From an uncultured Acidobacteriota bacterium (GTDB lineage: Bacteria; Acidobacteriota; Vicinamibacteria; Vicinamibacterales; 2-12-FULL-66-21): a stretch of 64,000 bases of DNA. Position 1 is the stretch's first letter. The number at the start of each line of letters is the position of its first letter. Below the pieces are notes generated by a model. It searched no databases. It was given only the letters and a program-made list of their open reading frames with translations, and was not told where the DNA came from. The position numbers and the translations under genes are program-made. Below are positions 46,278 through 57,270 of this stretch, piece after piece. The stretch is taken from the NCBI GenBank assembly GCA_963797715.1, contig CAWCQS010000013.1, forward strand, positions 350,855 to 414,854. Reading direction: 5' to 3'.

Positions 46278-47915
46278 TCAGGGAAGTTCGTAGCAGGCGG
46301 CTTCGGTGTCGGTGCGCACCAGCAGATAGCGGCCGGCAAGTGCGGGAGGGTTCCATTGCTTCTGCGAGAACGCGGTGAAGCGGGCCAGCTCGCGGTGCGC
46401 ATCGGGGCTGGCTTCCACGAGAATGACGTCGCCGTCCTCGGTCGTGACGAGCAGGCGGTTCCCAACGAGCAGCGTCTGACCATGCCCGTAACGACCGCTC
46501 CTCCACCGCCGCTCGCCGGTCGCGGGATCGAGGCATACGAGCACGCCATCGTCGAGTCCGTAGACGAACCCGTCATGCAGCACAGGGTTGGTGAACTTGG
46601 CCTTGAGCCGTGGGCTCTCCCACACGAGCGTCGCGGCGACGGCCTCCCCTTGCCGTGAAATCTGCAGTACGCGGCTGCCGATCCCATAACCAGCCGAGAG
46701 CAGCACGCGATCTTCGGACAGGATGACGGGGATAGCGACGCTCGGCTGCTGACGCGGCCATTCATGGTTCCAGAGCACACGGCCGGTCGCGGGATCGTGG
46801 CCCGTGACGCTCGACTGGTTGAGGACGACGATCTGTCGAACGCCCGCAAGCGTGGTCAGAATGGGCGAACTGTAACTCGCGACGTCGTCGCCCGCGTGCC
46901 ACGCCGACGCGCCTGTCTCCTGGTTATATGCGACCAGCGAATGCCCAGCTGATCCGCCGGCGGTGACAACAACGAGCTCGTCCACAAGGAGCGGCGAGCT
47001 GCTGCGACCCCACTCCGGCTGCGGCGACTGGTTGTCGGCTCCGACATCGCGGCGCCAGATCGACTTTCCGGTTTCGAGATCGAGGCAATTGAGCAACCCC
47101 GTCGATCCGAGCGTGAACACGCGCCCACCAGAGATCGTCGGTGTGGCGCGAGGACCCTCTCCGGCTATTGTCGATTCGTAGTGCGCATCGTCGCCGTGCG
47201 ACCACTTGGGCTTGCCGTCGGCGAGCGAATAGGCGATCACCATTTCCCGATCGCCGCGCTGCTCTTGCGTAACGGCCAGACCGTGCGATACCGCAAAGCC
47301 AGACCATCCCGCGCCCACGGGCCGTCGCCAGACAAGGCGCGGAGGTTTAGTGGTCCAGTCGTCCGCGAGCCGAACCCCGCCGATGATTCCATTGCGCGAC
47401 GACCCGAGAAACTGGGAAAACTCCCCGGCCGCGACTTTCGATACCGGCGGATTCGCCGGATCAGGCGCAGCAGCCCGCAACGGCGAGGAACGCTCGCTCT
47501 CAGCCGCACTCGCGGGCGGAGCGGTCCCGCGAGGCGCAGGTTCCAGGGGCAGAGGCGACGGCGCTCGCTCGATCGGCGGCGGCACGTGTGACGCCCACCG
47601 CCACTCGAGGATCGGCACGAGATCACCGGTTACACCCTTGACACGCGTCGTCACGGCAACGAGCGCCAGCGCGGCGAACACGAGCGCCGCTGCTGTCCGA
47701 CGTGCTCGACGAGACATCCGCGAGAAGAACACGAGCCAGATGGTCAGCAGGAGGACGGTCACCAATGCGACCGGATAGGACATGAGCACTCGGTCCTGAC
47801 CCGTGCGTCCGCCGTCGGAGAACCACACCCACGCCAGAACCATCGTCCCCGCCGTCGCGACCATGACGGCCGGCCACCAGCGCACGCCGGGGTGAGTCGA
47901 TCGCGCCTCGCTCAT
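46278..47915 (-). CDS. PQQ-like beta-propeller repeat protein with an N-terminal multi-TM anchor
   Basis: Three N-terminal TM helices. Repeated W/G-containing blades follow (..GRVFTLGSTGLLNCLDLETGKSIWRRD.., ..LVAYNQETGASAWH.., ..LVCLDPATGERRW..). Confidence 0.7.
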   Translation of the reverse strand: MSEARSTHPGVRWWPAVMVATAGTMVLAWVWFSDGGRTGQDRVLMSYPVALVTVLLLTIWLVFFSRMSRRARRTAAALVFAALALVAVTTRVKGVTGDLVPILEWRWASHVPPPIERAPSPLPLEPAPRGTAPPASAAESERSSPLRAAAPDPANPPVSKVAAGEFSQFLGSSRNGIIGGVRLADDWTTKPPRLVWRRPVGAGWSGFAVSHGLAVTQEQRGDREMVIAYSLADGKPKWSHGDDAHYESTIAGEGPRATPTISGGRVFTLGSTGLLNCLDLETGKSIWRRDVGADNQSPQPEWGRSSSPLLVDELVVVTAGGSAGHSLVAYNQETGASAWHAGDDVASYSSPILTTLAGVRQIVVLNQSSVTGHDPATGRVLWNHEWPRQQPSVAIPVILSEDRVLLSAGYGIGSRVLQISRQGEAVAATLVWESPRLKAKFTNPVLHDGFVYGLDDGVLVCLDPATGERRWRSGRYGHGQTLLVGNRLLVTTEDGDVILVEASPDAHRELARFTAFSQKQWNPPALAGRYLLVRTDTEAACYELP

Positions 47916-47926
47916 GGACGCACCAT

Positions 47927-49891
47927 TTAGCGCTTCACCACCATGACCGCAATTTGCGACGGATACTGCTTGGAATGGTGGACGGCGTTGTGCGCGACGA
48001 CGCCCTTGACTTCGTCGTAGTTGTTCCCACCGGTGTTCAGATTGCGGTCGAAGCGGGGAAAGTTGCTGCTCGACACTTCGACGCGGAAGCGATGTCCGAC
48101 GTCGAAGTAGTTGCTCGTCGTCAACGGCTGAAGAGTGACTTTGACGATCTTGCCCGGCTCCATCCAGACCGGCGGCCTGTCATAACCGTCACGGTAACGC
48201 AGCCGCTGGATCGATTCGTCGAGGTTGTAGGCGCGGCCGTCGGGATAGACGTCCAGCAGCTTGACGGTGATGTCGGTGTCCTTTGCGTCCGAGGCCACGT
48301 AGATCGTGGGAACGATCGGACCGCTCATCTCAACGCCTTCGGTGAACGGCAACGACGTGTAGACGAGGATGTCGGGCCGCGACTCCATCTTGCGCTGATC
48401 GAACGAGCCGGCGTTGATCGCAGTGCCGGTGCAGCACACGTTGCCGCCGTAGGACGGCACCGGGTTCATCGGATCGTAGGTAAACGAATCCGGCTTGTTG
48501 TCAGCTGGCGGTGCCGTCGTCAGGATGCCATCGCCATCGAGCGTGTTGGCGTTGCCACCGCTCGCGAGATAGAACGTCTGCGGTTGCGCGCCCTTCGGAG
48601 GCCAGGTATCGGACGACTGCCACTTGTTGGCGCCCATCGTGAAATACGTGACCCTCGGCAACTTGTCGAGCGTGGCGTTCTTCTCGCCCTTGAGCAGCCG
48701 GTCGAAGAAGCCGTAGGTCAGCTCGGCGTAATCGAGCTGCGCGTCCCCCATGCTGCGCTCGCCGACGATCGTGTTCTCGGAGGCGCGTGAATACGCGCAA
48801 TGCGCGACGGGCGCGACAATCGCCCATTGCTGGTCTGCAACTTCAGGCGTGGCTGTCTTGCGCACGTGGTTGTAGAGTGCCAGGTTCGGTCCGACCGACA
48901 CGTCGTACCACGACATGAACCACAGGCCCGGTACGTTCAGTGGCATGTTGTCGTGATAGAGGCCGCCCTTGTACCACGCCGGATCGTTCGGCGTGCGTTG
49001 GATCATGCGGCCGCCAGTGGACACAGGCATGGTGTCGGCGAAGATGCCGCGTGGCCCGTCCACATTTTTGAGGATGTCCTGCACTGGAAGATGCCACAGC
49101 GCCTTCGACCAATCCACGGTCGGCAACTGCTGCGCAAGGTCGAACGATTTCGACGCGCGGATGAGATCCTCCTGCGTCGTCGTCGGCGGGAACGTCGGAC
49201 GGACCTGGTTCTGCTCGCCGTAGATCCACGTGATGAAGAGCATCTGCACGGCGCCGCCGCGATACCAGTTGCCCTGTTCGTAATACGGCGCCACGCGGCC
49301 GACGCCGGCGCCAAATCCCTGCACGTTCATCGCGGCATACGCCGGATGGCCGAGGGCGGCGACGCCCATCTGGTACTCGGCCGTCGACGAACATCCCGTG
49401 GTTCCGACCTTTCCGTTCGACCACGGTTGCTTCGACAGCCACTCGAGCGCATCGTAGCCGTCGGTCGGCGAGCCGAGGATGTCGTAGTTGCCCTCCGAGA
49501 AATAGTGGCCGCGCTCGTTCTGGACGACGTAGGCGTAGCCGCGCTTGACGGCCGTCAGCGCCGCCGTCATGTCGCCCGGCACGCGGTTTCGCACGTCCCA
49601 GAAATTGAAGTTGTAGGGCGTCCGCACAAAGACGATGGGCACCGGGCCCGTCTCGTTCTTGGGCCGGTAAATATCGGTCGCGAGCCGGACGCCGTCCCGC
49701 ATCGGCATCATCACCTTGCGCTCGACGATGGCCAGCGACTGCAGTTCTTTCTCCATCTCCCAGCGGCGCGCTGTCTGCTCCGCGGTCAGCGGCGCTCCGC
49801 GTTGTGCGATCCCGATCGCCGTCGCCCCTGCAATGGCAATCGCGGTGGAGCAGAAAACCAGGCGCATGGACTTGTTGATACATTCGTTCAT
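47927..49891 (-). CDS. CocE/NonD family hydrolase (S15 X-Pro dipeptidyl-peptidase-like)
   Basis: [18 protein letters not shown].. and the C-terminal ..[18 protein letters not shown] are typical of the family; signal peptide present. The start is uncertain (49891 or 49867). Confidence 0.75.
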   Translation of the reverse strand: MNECINKSMRLVFCSTAIAIAGATAIGIAQRGAPLTAEQTARRWEMEKELQSLAIVERKVMMPMRDGVRLATDIYRPKNETGPVPIVFVRTPYNFNFWDVRNRVPGDMTAALTAVKRGYAYVVQNERGHYFSEGNYDILGSPTDGYDALEWLSKQPWSNGKVGTTGCSSTAEYQMGVAALGHPAYAAMNVQGFGAGVGRVAPYYEQGNWYRGGAVQMLFITWIYGEQNQVRPTFPPTTTQEDLIRASKSFDLAQQLPTVDWSKALWHLPVQDILKNVDGPRGIFADTMPVSTGGRMIQRTPNDPAWYKGGLYHDNMPLNVPGLWFMSWYDVSVGPNLALYNHVRKTATPEVADQQWAIVAPVAHCAYSRASENTIVGERSMGDAQLDYAELTYGFFDRLLKGEKNATLDKLPRVTYFTMGANKWQSSDTWPPKGAQPQTFYLASGGNANTLDGDGILTTAPPADNKPDSFTYDPMNPVPSYGGNVCCTGTAINAGSFDQRKMESRPDILVYTSLPFTEGVEMSGPIVPTIYVASDAKDTDITVKLLDVYPDGRAYNLDESIQRLRYRDGYDRPPVWMEPGKIVKVTLQPLTTSNYFDVGHRFRVEVSSSNFPRFDRNLNTGGNNYDEVKGVVAHNAVHHSKQYPSQIAVMVVKR

Positions 49892-49902
49892 TCCTTCTGC
49901 GG

Positions 49903-52320
49903 CTACTCCGCCCGAAGAGAGACGATGGGGTCGATTCTGGCCGCTCGACGTCCGGGCACGTAACACGCGATGAACGCGACGACTGTCAACGTCAACGCAA
50001 TCGTCGCGAACGTACCCGGATCGTTGGCATCTACGCCAAAGAGTAGGGCGCGCATGTAACGCGTGACGACGAACGATCCAGCGAGGCCCAGCGCCATGCC
50101 GGCCAGCGCGACGAACATGCCCTGTCGCACGACGAGCATCAGCACGTCGCCCGGCGCGGCCCCGAGCGCCAGACGAATGCCAAGCTCCCGCGTGCCCTGG
50201 CTCACGAGATACGACATGACGCCGTAGACGCCGATTGCGGCCAGGCCGAGCGCCAGCACCGCGAACAGTGCCAGCAGCAGCATGGAAAAGCGCCGCTCGG
50301 CGAGGGAGGACGCAACTCGCTCCCCCATCGTGCGCATCTTATAGATCGGCAGATCGGGATCGAGCGATCGAATCTGAGCGGTCACCGCCGAGGCGAGCCC
50401 TGCGGCGTCTGCGGCGCTCCTGATCACGACGTTCATGGCGCGCGACGGCGTCTGTCCCTGAAAACGATAAAAGGCGATGCGCGAGTCGGCGTCGAGGGCA
50501 TCTTGCTTGATGGCGCCAACGACCCCGACAACCGTCATCCAGGGCGTGTCAGGCGTCACGTCGAATCCGCCCGTGCGGATGCGCTTGCCGATTGGATCCT
50601 GGCCGGGCCACAACTGCTCCGCCATCCGCTCGTCGACCAGCACCACACGGGGTGAGGTCCTCGTATCGAGCTCGGGTGAAAAAAGGCGGCCCTGAATCAG
50701 CGGAATGTTCATCGCGCGAAAGTAATCACCGCCGGCGACGCGAATGTCGGCGTTGATGAACTTCTCGCCCTCCGGTCCAACGCGCCCTTCGACCGTGATC
50801 GGGCCCCACGCCATCATCTGGCTGAGCGGCAGGGCGGTGATCCCGCCGGCCGCAGTTACGCCCGGGAGCGCCGACAGGCGTTCCCACAGCTGACGGTAGG
50901 TCTGAATTACTACTTCGGCGTCGTTGTACTTGCGGCCGGTCATCGTCAGTTCGAGCGTCAGCACGTTCGAGGCATTGAAGCCCGGCGAGATCCGCTGCAG
51001 GTGCGCGAAGCTGCGCACGAGCAAGCCCGCTCCAACGAGGAGCACGACCGACAGCGCGAGCTCCGCGACGACGAGCATTCGGCGAAGATTGTGGCCGCGT
51101 CCCCAGACGGCGCTGGTTCCCGCCGATCCGCGTGTCCCGTCATTCAGGTGACGCTGCAGATCCATCGCCGACAGTCTGAGCGTTGGCGCGAGGCCGAATA
51201 TCGCTCCTGCCACCACCGACACGCCGATGGTGAAGAGCAGAACACGCCAGTCGAACCCGATCTCATGGAGCCGCGGCACGCTGGCCTCGCCGAGCGCCCG
51301 GATACCCTGAAGGCAGAGAAACGCCAGCAGAAGCCCCAACGCGCCGCCGCCAATCGCCAGCACGAGGCTCTCGGTCAGCAACTGCCTGGCCAGACGCCAG
51401 CGGCTCGCGCCAAGAACAGCACGGACGGCAATTTCGCGCTGACGCGCGATCGCGCGCGACAGCAGCAGGTTGGCGACGTTCGCGCACGCGATGAGCAGCA
51501 CGAAGGCGACGGCAGCGGCAAGAACGATCAGGGCAAGCCGCACGCGCCCGACCGCCTGCTCCTGAAGCGGCAGCACGCGGAACGTCAATCCTCCGTTATG
51601 CGGGTAGAAGTCTGGATGCTCGCGCCTCAGCCGTGCGGTAAGCGCGTTGAGCTCGGCACGCGCCTGCTCGATTCCCGCGCCCGGCGTAAGCGTCGCGAGG
51701 ATGTTGTAGTCCTCGCGGTTCCGGATCTCGGCCGCGTTCGCCGGCAGCGGCAACGGCAGCGCGATTTCCGCATCATCGACGACGCCAAGGGTTGGCATCA
51801 CCTCGCGAGGTAGCGAGAACGAGGCGGGCAGGACGCCGACGATCTGATAGGGCTGTCCGTTCAGCGTCAACGACCGGCCGACGACTGCCCGGTCGCTCAC
51901 CGTAGCGGCGTGTCCACGTGCCGAATCCGAGGAGGGCCTTACCAGCCCGTCCCGGCCGGTCGTCGTCGGATGTGAAGAGATCGCCGAGCAGCGGCCGGAC
52001 CCCGAGCATCGGCAGCAGATTGGAAGAGACGCGAATGGTGCCGATCCGTTCAGGTTCACCATCGCCGGTGAGGTTGGCATTCGCACCAATCGCAATCGCG
52101 ACGCTCTCGAAGCTGCGCTGGCCATTCCGAATGTCGAAGTACTGCGCGGTCGAGAACCAGTCCTCGGTGATGCCGAGACCTGGAGAGGTATTCCACAGAA
52201 TGACCTGGCGGTCTGCGTTCGCGTACGGCAGCGGGCGCAGCAGGAGTGCGCTCGTGACGCTGAAGATCGCAGTATTGGCGCCGATGCCGATCGCGAGCGA
52301 CAGCAACGCCGCCGCCGCAA
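49903..52320 (-). CDS. Second ADOP-type permease, C-terminal fragment (genuine from about 51909)
   Basis: ..[27 protein letters not shown].., two FtsX modules, ending [17 protein letters not shown]. Confidence 0.85.
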   Translation of the reverse strand: MRRRRCCRSRSASAPILRSSASRAHSCCARCRTRTQTARSFCGIPLQVSASPRTGSRPRSTSTFGMASAASRASRLRLVRMPTSPAMVNLNGSAPFASLPICCRCSGSGRCSAISSHPTTTGRDGLVRPSSDSARGHAATVSDRAVVGRSLTLNGQPYQIVGVLPASFSLPREVMPTLGVVDDAEIALPLPLPANAAEIRNREDYNILATLTPGAGIEQARAELNALTARLRREHPDFYPHNGGLTFRVLPLQEQAVGRVRLALIVLAAAVAFVLLIACANVANLLLSRAIARQREIAVRAVLGASRWRLARQLLTESLVLAIGGGALGLLLAFLCLQGIRALGEASVPRLHEIGFDWRVLLFTIGVSVVAGAIFGLAPTLRLSAMDLQRHLNDGTRGSAGTSAVWGRGHNLRRMLVVAELALSVVLLVGAGLLVRSFAHLQRISPGFNASNVLTLELTMTGRKYNDAEVVIQTYRQLWERLSALPGVTAAGGITALPLSQMMAWGPITVEGRVGPEGEKFINADIRVAGGDYFRAMNIPLIQGRLFSPELDTRTSPRVVLVDERMAEQLWPGQDPIGKRIRTGGFDVTPDTPWMTVVGVVGAIKQDALDADSRIAFYRFQGQTPSRAMNVVIRSAADAAGLASAVTAQIRSLDPDLPIYKMRTMGERVASSLAERRFSMLLLALFAVLALGLAAIGVYGVMSYLVSQGTRELGIRLALGAAPGDVLMLVVRQGMFVALAGMALGLAGSFVVTRYMRALLFGVDANDPGTFATIALTLTVVAFIACYVPGRRAARIDPIVSLRAE

Positions 52321-52381
52321 AACCTGGACTCGCGGCCAGGGCGCGGCATGCGTAACGAATGTCCTGGACGAACGCGTGCAT
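51773..52381 (-). CDS. Second ADOP-type permease, N-terminal fragment
   Basis: [42 protein letters not shown].. It joins the other fragment at ..TWTRRYG|SDRAVVGR (extra G). No PadR gene lies upstream. Confidence 0.8.
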   Translation of the reverse strand: MHAFVQDIRYACRALAASPGFAAAALLSLAIGIGANTAIFSVTSALLLRPLPYANADRQVILWNTSPGLGITEDWFSTAQYFDIRNGQRSFESVAIAIGANANLTGDGEPERIGTIRVSSNLLPMLGVRPLLGDLFTSDDDRPGRAGKALLGFGTWTRRYGERPGSRRPVVDAERTALSDRRRPARLVLATSRGDANPWRRR

Positions 52382-52436
52382 GGGCCACAGCTTACCGCAC
52401 GATTCCCTGCATAGGGCCGCTGTATACTGACGCGCC

Positions 52437-53426
52437 ATGCATGACTTCAGACGCCTCGCTGCGGCAGCCGCGCTCGTCGTCGCCGCGAGCACGCCAACCG
52501 TCACACAACCGAATCCATATACCGCGATTGAGAAGTGGGGACAGCTGCCGGCCGGGCGCACATGGGGATCCACGAGCGCCGTCGACGTTGCGCCTGACGG
52601 ACACATCTGGGTTGCCGAACGCTGCGGCGCCAATACCTGCGCCGGTTCGAATCTTCCTCCGATTCTCGAGTTCGATCCGTCGGGCAAGCTTCTGCGCAGC
52701 TTCGGCGCGGGCATGCTCATCTTCCCGCACGGGTTCCACGTCGACCGCGACGGCAACGTCTGGGTCACCGACGCGCAAGGCAGCGACGGCAAGGGGCATC
52801 AGGTTCTGAAGTTCAGTCCCGATGGCAAGCTGCTGCTCGCGCTCGGCAAAGCCGGTGTCGCTGGTTCAGGACCCGACGAGCTCAATCAGCCCTCGGACGT
52901 CGTGGTGGGACCGAACGGGGACATCTTCGTTGCCGACGGCCACGACGAAGGGTCGAACATGCGCATCGTGAAGTACACGAAAGACGGCAAGTTCATCAAG
53001 AGCTGGGGCAAACCTGGTTCGGGCCCCGGCGAGCTCAACGTGCCGCACGGCATCGCCTTCGATTCGCAGGGACGGCTCTTCGTCGCCGACCGCGCCAACA
53101 ACCGCCTGCAGATTTTCGATCAGGACGGGAAGCTACTCGGAGAGTGGAAGCAGTTCAGCAGGGTGAGCGGCATCTACATCGACAAGAACGACGTGCTTTA
53201 CGCCGCCGACTCGGAGTCGAACACCAAGCGCAATCCGGGGTGGAAGCGCGGCATCCGTGTCGGGAGCGCGCGGAACGGCATCATCTCCGCGTTCATCCCC
53301 GACCCGGAAGCCAAACCCGACGAGTCCGCGACCAGCGGTGCCGAAGGCATCGCCGCGGATGCGCAAGGCAACATCTTCGGCGCCGAGGTCGGTCCGAAGA
53401 TGATCAAGAAGTACGTCAGGAAGTAG
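52437..53426 (+). CDS. NHL-repeat six-bladed beta-propeller protein (peptidyl-alpha-hydroxyglycine lyase-like)
   Basis: Repeats ..GHIWVAER.., ..PHGFHVDRDGNVWVTD.., ..PSDVVVGPNGDIFVADGH.. and ..PHGIAFDSQGRLFVADRANNRLQIF..; signal peptide. Confidence 0.75.
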   Translation: MHDFRRLAAAAALVVAASTPTVTQPNPYTAIEKWGQLPAGRTWGSTSAVDVAPDGHIWVAERCGANTCAGSNLPPILEFDPSGKLLRSFGAGMLIFPHGFHVDRDGNVWVTDAQGSDGKGHQVLKFSPDGKLLLALGKAGVAGSGPDELNQPSDVVVGPNGDIFVADGHDEGSNMRIVKYTKDGKFIKSWGKPGSGPGELNVPHGIAFDSQGRLFVADRANNRLQIFDQDGKLLGEWKQFSRVSGIYIDKNDVLYAADSESNTKRNPGWKRGIRVGSARNGIISAFIPDPEAKPDESATSGAEGIAADAQGNIFGAEVGPKMIKKYVRK

Positions 53427-53438
53427 CGGCGCCGTCCG

Positions 53439-53909
53439 CTACTTCTTTTTCTTTGGCATTCGCGACACGTCCGGCACGTCCTCTCCCAGTGCCGTCGCCA
53501 GATCGATCTGGTGCTCTTGCTCCTGGCGCAGGATCTCGCGGATGTCTTCCGCGATCGCGTACTCCTGCAGCGCCTCGCACTGCTTGAGCCGCTCGCGGTA
53601 GTTCTTGACGGTGTCGTTCTCGTTGGCCAGATCCGCGCGGAGCATCACTTCGGCTTTCTCGCTCAGCTTGACCGGCAACGCCGTTCCGGTCGGCATACCG
53701 CCGAGGTAGTCGATGTGGCGCGCGATGGTAATCGCGTGCTGCAGTTCCTCGCCAGCATGGACTTCGAGCTCCGCGGCGATGTTCATGTACTGCGCGCCCT
53801 TGAGCGCCTGCGAGTAGACGACGTAGGCGATGATTGCCTGGTATTCCCTGGCAAGGTCTTCGTTCAGGCGTTCGATCAACTGTTCGCGTGTAATTGCCTC
53901 ATCGGCCAT
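53439..53909 (-). CDS. Ferritin-like (bacterioferritin-like) four-helix-bundle protein
   Basis: LNEDLAREYQAIIAYVVYSQ..ELEVHAGEELQHAITIARHI.. (E..EExxH pattern). ATG 53909 has AAGGGAG 7 nt upstream. An alternative start is GTG 53927. Confidence 0.65.
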   Translation of the reverse strand: MADEAITREQLIERLNEDLAREYQAIIAYVVYSQALKGAQYMNIAAELEVHAGEELQHAITIARHIDYLGGMPTGTALPVKLSEKAEVMLRADLANENDTVKNYRERLKQCEALQEYAIAEDIREILRQEQEHQIDLATALGEDVPDVSRMPKKKK

Positions 53910-54036
53910 GTAGGCATCTCCCTTCACATGTCATTTGTAGTCGTTCCTTCAAGAGTCTACTCGTGTGCCGCTGCTACAAGCTCAGCTACGTCTGCGCTTC
54001 GAGTACAGTAAGCACGCGCGCATACAGCTGACTTTC

Positions 54037-55447
54037 ATGCAAAGACGTGTCCTGATCTACGCGATAGTCATCGCGGTATCGATCGCCGCGATTGCCGGGC
54101 TGCTCCAACTCGGCGAGCGCTGGTTTCCGCACGGCGGACAGCCGATTACGGCCTCGACTGAAGCCGCAATTGAAGCCTCACCGCTTGCGGCCGCCAACCC
54201 TCTGCGGCCGCTGCCACTCCTCATCATCCAAATGCTCGTGATTGTGATCGCGACGCAGGCCGTCGGCGCGGCTGGCGACAACACTCCGCCAGCCGGCCGT
54301 CATCGGGGAGATGGCCGCCGGCCTGCTCCTTGGGCCGTCGCTCCTTGGGGCCGTGTGGCCGGGGGCCTACACGTTTCTGTTTCCGACCGCGTCGCTCGAT
54401 ATCCTTCGGCTCCTCAGCCAAGTCGGCGTGATCCTCTTCATGTTCACCGTCGGCCTCGACGTCGACGCTGCACACCTCCGCCAGCGTGCACCAACGGCGA
54501 TCGCCGTCAGCCACTTCAGCATCGTCGTCCCGTTTCTGCTCGGCGTGGCAGCGGCGCTGGGACTCTACGCTTCATACGCGCCGAACGATGTTCCCTTCTA
54601 CTCGTTTGCGCTCTTCATGGGCATCGCGCTCAGCATCACGGCGTTCCCGGTTCTCGCACGTGTCATCGAGGAGCGCGGACTCACGCGGACGCCGCTCGGT
54701 ACGACCGCCCTTGCCTGTGCTGCTGTAGACGATGTGACGGCGTGGGCGCTGCTGGCGGCGGTGGTCACCCTGGTGACCGCCGGAGGGCTTGGCTGGCCGC
54801 TGGCCCTAATGGGCGCAGCGCTGGCGACGTTCCTGGTCGTGATGATTCGTCTCGTCAGGCCGTGGCTCGATCGAGTGTTCGGAGATGTACAGCCGCCGCT
54901 CAGCCGTCCGCGGACCGCGCAAGTGCTTGCGGTGCTGCTGGCGTCTGCCCTCGTCACGGAACTCATCGGCATCCACGCGCTGTTCGGCGCGTTCCTGGCC
55001 GGCGCGATCATGCCGGCCAATCACGAGTTCCGTCAGCAGCTCCGCGAACGGTTTGAGACTCTCAGCTCGGTTGTGCTCCTTCCGATCTTCTTCGCCTACA
55101 CCGGCCTGCGCACCGAAATCGGGCTCCTCAATGACGTGTGGGCGTGGGCCGTCTGCGGCGCCGTCATCGTGGTTGCCATCGCGGGCAAGCTGCTCGGCAG
55201 CATGCTCGCTGCCCGCTGGTCGGGCTCGAGCTGGCACGACGCCTTCGTTCTTGGCGCGCTGATGAACACGCGCGGGCTGATGGAACTCGTCGCGCTCAAC
55301 GTCGGCTACGATCTCGGCATTCTCTCGCCACGCATCTTCACGATGCTGGTGCTGATGGCGCTCGTGACGACGGCGATGACAGGACCGCTCATCGATCTGG
55401 CGTCGCGGTCCGATGTTCGGCGTGCCGGGAGCATCGCGAGACCGTAG
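54037..55447 (+). CDS. Cation:proton antiporter (CPA2/Kef-type), with one frame shift near 54270
   Basis: LLIIQMLVIVIATQAVGA | LATTLRQPAVIGEMAAGLLLGPSLLG.. The rest of the 378-codon ORF 54311..55447 is a typical Na+/H+ exchanger membrane domain. Confidence 0.8.
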
Positions 55448-55452
55448 GAAGA

Positions 55453-55515
55453 AATTCTGAATTCTGCAGGCTGAGGTGGGAAGCGGAAGGGATGAAGTGG
55501 GAAGTTTGAAGTCTG
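55453..55515. repeat. Nine tandem heptamers (aattctg aattctg caggctg aggtggg aagcgga agggatg aagtggg aagtttg aagtctg)
   Basis: Read directly. It starts 6 nt after the antiporter stop, and TGA occurs in all three frames. Confidence 0.65.
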
Positions 55516-55634
55516 CTCGGGTGAAGACTAATGCAGTCGCTAGGTACTTGCTGAATAGTTGTTTTTTCGAACAAAAACTACAATTCCCGGACTGCCGACG
55601 GGCGGGCGTCGTTTTTGCGTTCATAGTTCAGCGT

Positions 55635-55790
55635 ATGTCGATGGAGCTTCTCATCGGTCGGGGCCTTGCCTTCTGTGCCCATCCGCTCGCGGCGTGGCGG
55701 GTGTTGTCCACGCCTGGCCGCGCCTTCGTGGTGGCGGCGTACGCGTGTGCTGGCTACGTGGCGGTCCTCGGCGTTCTGCTTCTGTCCTAG
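55635..55790 (+). CDS. Candidate small membrane protein (51 aa)
   Basis: MSMELLIGRGLAFCAHPLAAWRVLSTPGRAFVVAAYACAGYVAVLGVLLLS*. The hydrophobic C-terminal helix is the only support. Confidence 0.3.
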   Translation: MSMELLIGRGLAFCAHPLAAWRVLSTPGRAFVVAAYACAGYVAVLGVLLLS

Positions 55791-55800
55791 CGCGCGAACG

Positions 55801-56445
55801 TCAGGCGCGCGTTCCGTTCAGCAAGGCAGTCACGGCGCTGACCTCGTCGTTGTTGACGGTGTGTCCCATCCCTCGATAGATCCGTTCATCAACCGACGCC
55901 TTCATCGTCCGGAGCACGGCGGCTGATTCGCGTACGCGCTCGACTGGAATGTGCGGGTCAACGTCGCTACAGCCGAGAAACACCGGCGTCTGCGCGAGTG
56001 AGCCGGGATAGACCCGTGGCGTTCCAGGCGGTCCGATGAGCCCGCCACTGAGGCCGACGATCGCGGCATAGCGCCGGGGGTTGCGCGCCGCGAACTCCAA
56101 CGTCAGGCATGCGCCCTGCGAGAAGCCGAGAATGGCGACGCGGTCTGACGGTAGTCCCTTTTCGCCCAGCGTTCGAACGAGACCAGCGACGACACCAAGC
56201 GCCGACGTCAGGAACGGCTCGTTCTGCTCGATCGGTGAGAGGAACGAGTACGGATACCAGGTCCGGTTCGCGGCCTGCGGCGCGAGGAACGCGACATCGT
56301 CAATGTCGAATTCCTCGGCAAGCGCGAGGATGTCGTCAGCGGACGCGCCCCGGCCGTGAACAAGAATCGCCGCCAGCCGGGCCTCGTCCAGGCTGGGGCC
56401 ACGGCGAAGCACAGGCTGGCCAGCATGCGGATCGGCAGTCGACAT
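55801..56445 (-). CDS. Alpha/beta hydrolase (phospholipase/carboxylesterase family)
   Basis: Nucleophile elbow ILGFSQGA (GxSxG), ILVHGRGA, and C-terminal ..MGHTV. The internal ATG at 56445 was chosen because the upstream part of the ORF is Arg/His junk. Confidence 0.75.
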   Translation of the reverse strand: MSTADPHAGQPVLRRGPSLDEARLAAILVHGRGASADDILALAEEFDIDDVAFLAPQAANRTWYPYSFLSPIEQNEPFLTSALGVVAGLVRTLGEKGLPSDRVAILGFSQGACLTLEFAARNPRRYAAIVGLSGGLIGPPGTPRVYPGSLAQTPVFLGCSDVDPHIPVERVRESAAVLRTMKASVDERIYRGMGHTVNNDEVSAVTALLNGTRA

Positions 56446-56480
56446 CGTATGAGGATACCGGAACTGGTCCCGCCGCGGCG

Positions 56481-57263
56481 TCAGCCGCGCAGCGTCTTGA
56501 CGGTCTCCGTGGCCTTGTCGAGTAAGAAGCCGATATCGCTGTTGCAGCTGAACAGCCGCAGCCCGCGGTCGCTCCACTGCCGGGCGAGCTCCAGGGTGCG
56601 CATGTGGATGCCGGGCGCGATGCCGGCCCGATCGCACCGCTCGCGAATCTTCTCGACGGCGGCGACAAACGTCGGGTGGGAAAAGTCGCCGGCGACGCCA
56701 AGCGAGATCGACAGGTCGCCGGGGCCGATGAGAACCGCGTCGATATTCGGCACGGCGAGGAGATCGTCGATCCGCTCGAGCGCCGTTCTCGTCTCGATTT
56801 GCAGCACGACGAGCACGTTCGCGTTGATGTGCGCGATGGCGTCAGGGATCGAGACGGCTTCGTACTCGAGCTGCGGCGCCGCGAGTCCAAAGCCGCGCGT
56901 CCCCATCGGCGGAAACCGCGTCCAGCTGACGGCCGCCGCCAGCAACTCCGGCGACTCGACACGCGGGAGGAGCACACCCTGGGCGCCGCAGTCGAGCGCG
57001 CGCGCGATGAGTGCGTACTGCAGATCGGCGACTCTGACGATCGGACAGAGTCCGGCGCCGGCCGCAACGCGCATCAGATCCTGCAGCGTCTCAAGACCAA
57101 ACGGCCCGTGCTCGGCATCGAAGAAGACCCAGTCGAGGCCGGCTGCCGCCAGCGCGCGGACGGCGTCGACCGAACGAAGCTGAAAACAGCTGCAGCCAAG
57201 CTGCACCTGACCGTCACGGAGAGCTTGTTTGACGCGATTTTGACGCACGGCGCGATCATACAT
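56481..57263 (-). CDS. HpcH/HpaI family aldolase
   Basis: ..GLDWVFFDAEHGPF.., ..GVLLPRVES.., ..PPMGTRGFG.., ..VVLQIETR.., ..GPGDLS.. Confidence 0.8.
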   Translation of the reverse strand: MYDRAVRQNRVKQALRDGQVQLGCSCFQLRSVDAVRALAAAGLDWVFFDAEHGPFGLETLQDLMRVAAGAGLCPIVRVADLQYALIARALDCGAQGVLLPRVESPELLAAAVSWTRFPPMGTRGFGLAAPQLEYEAVSIPDAIAHINANVLVVLQIETRTALERIDDLLAVPNIDAVLIGPGDLSISLGVAGDFSHPTFVAAVEKIRERCDRAGIAPGIHMRTLELARQWSDRGLRLFSCNSDIGFLLDKATETVKTLRG

Positions 57264-57270
57264 ACAACTT

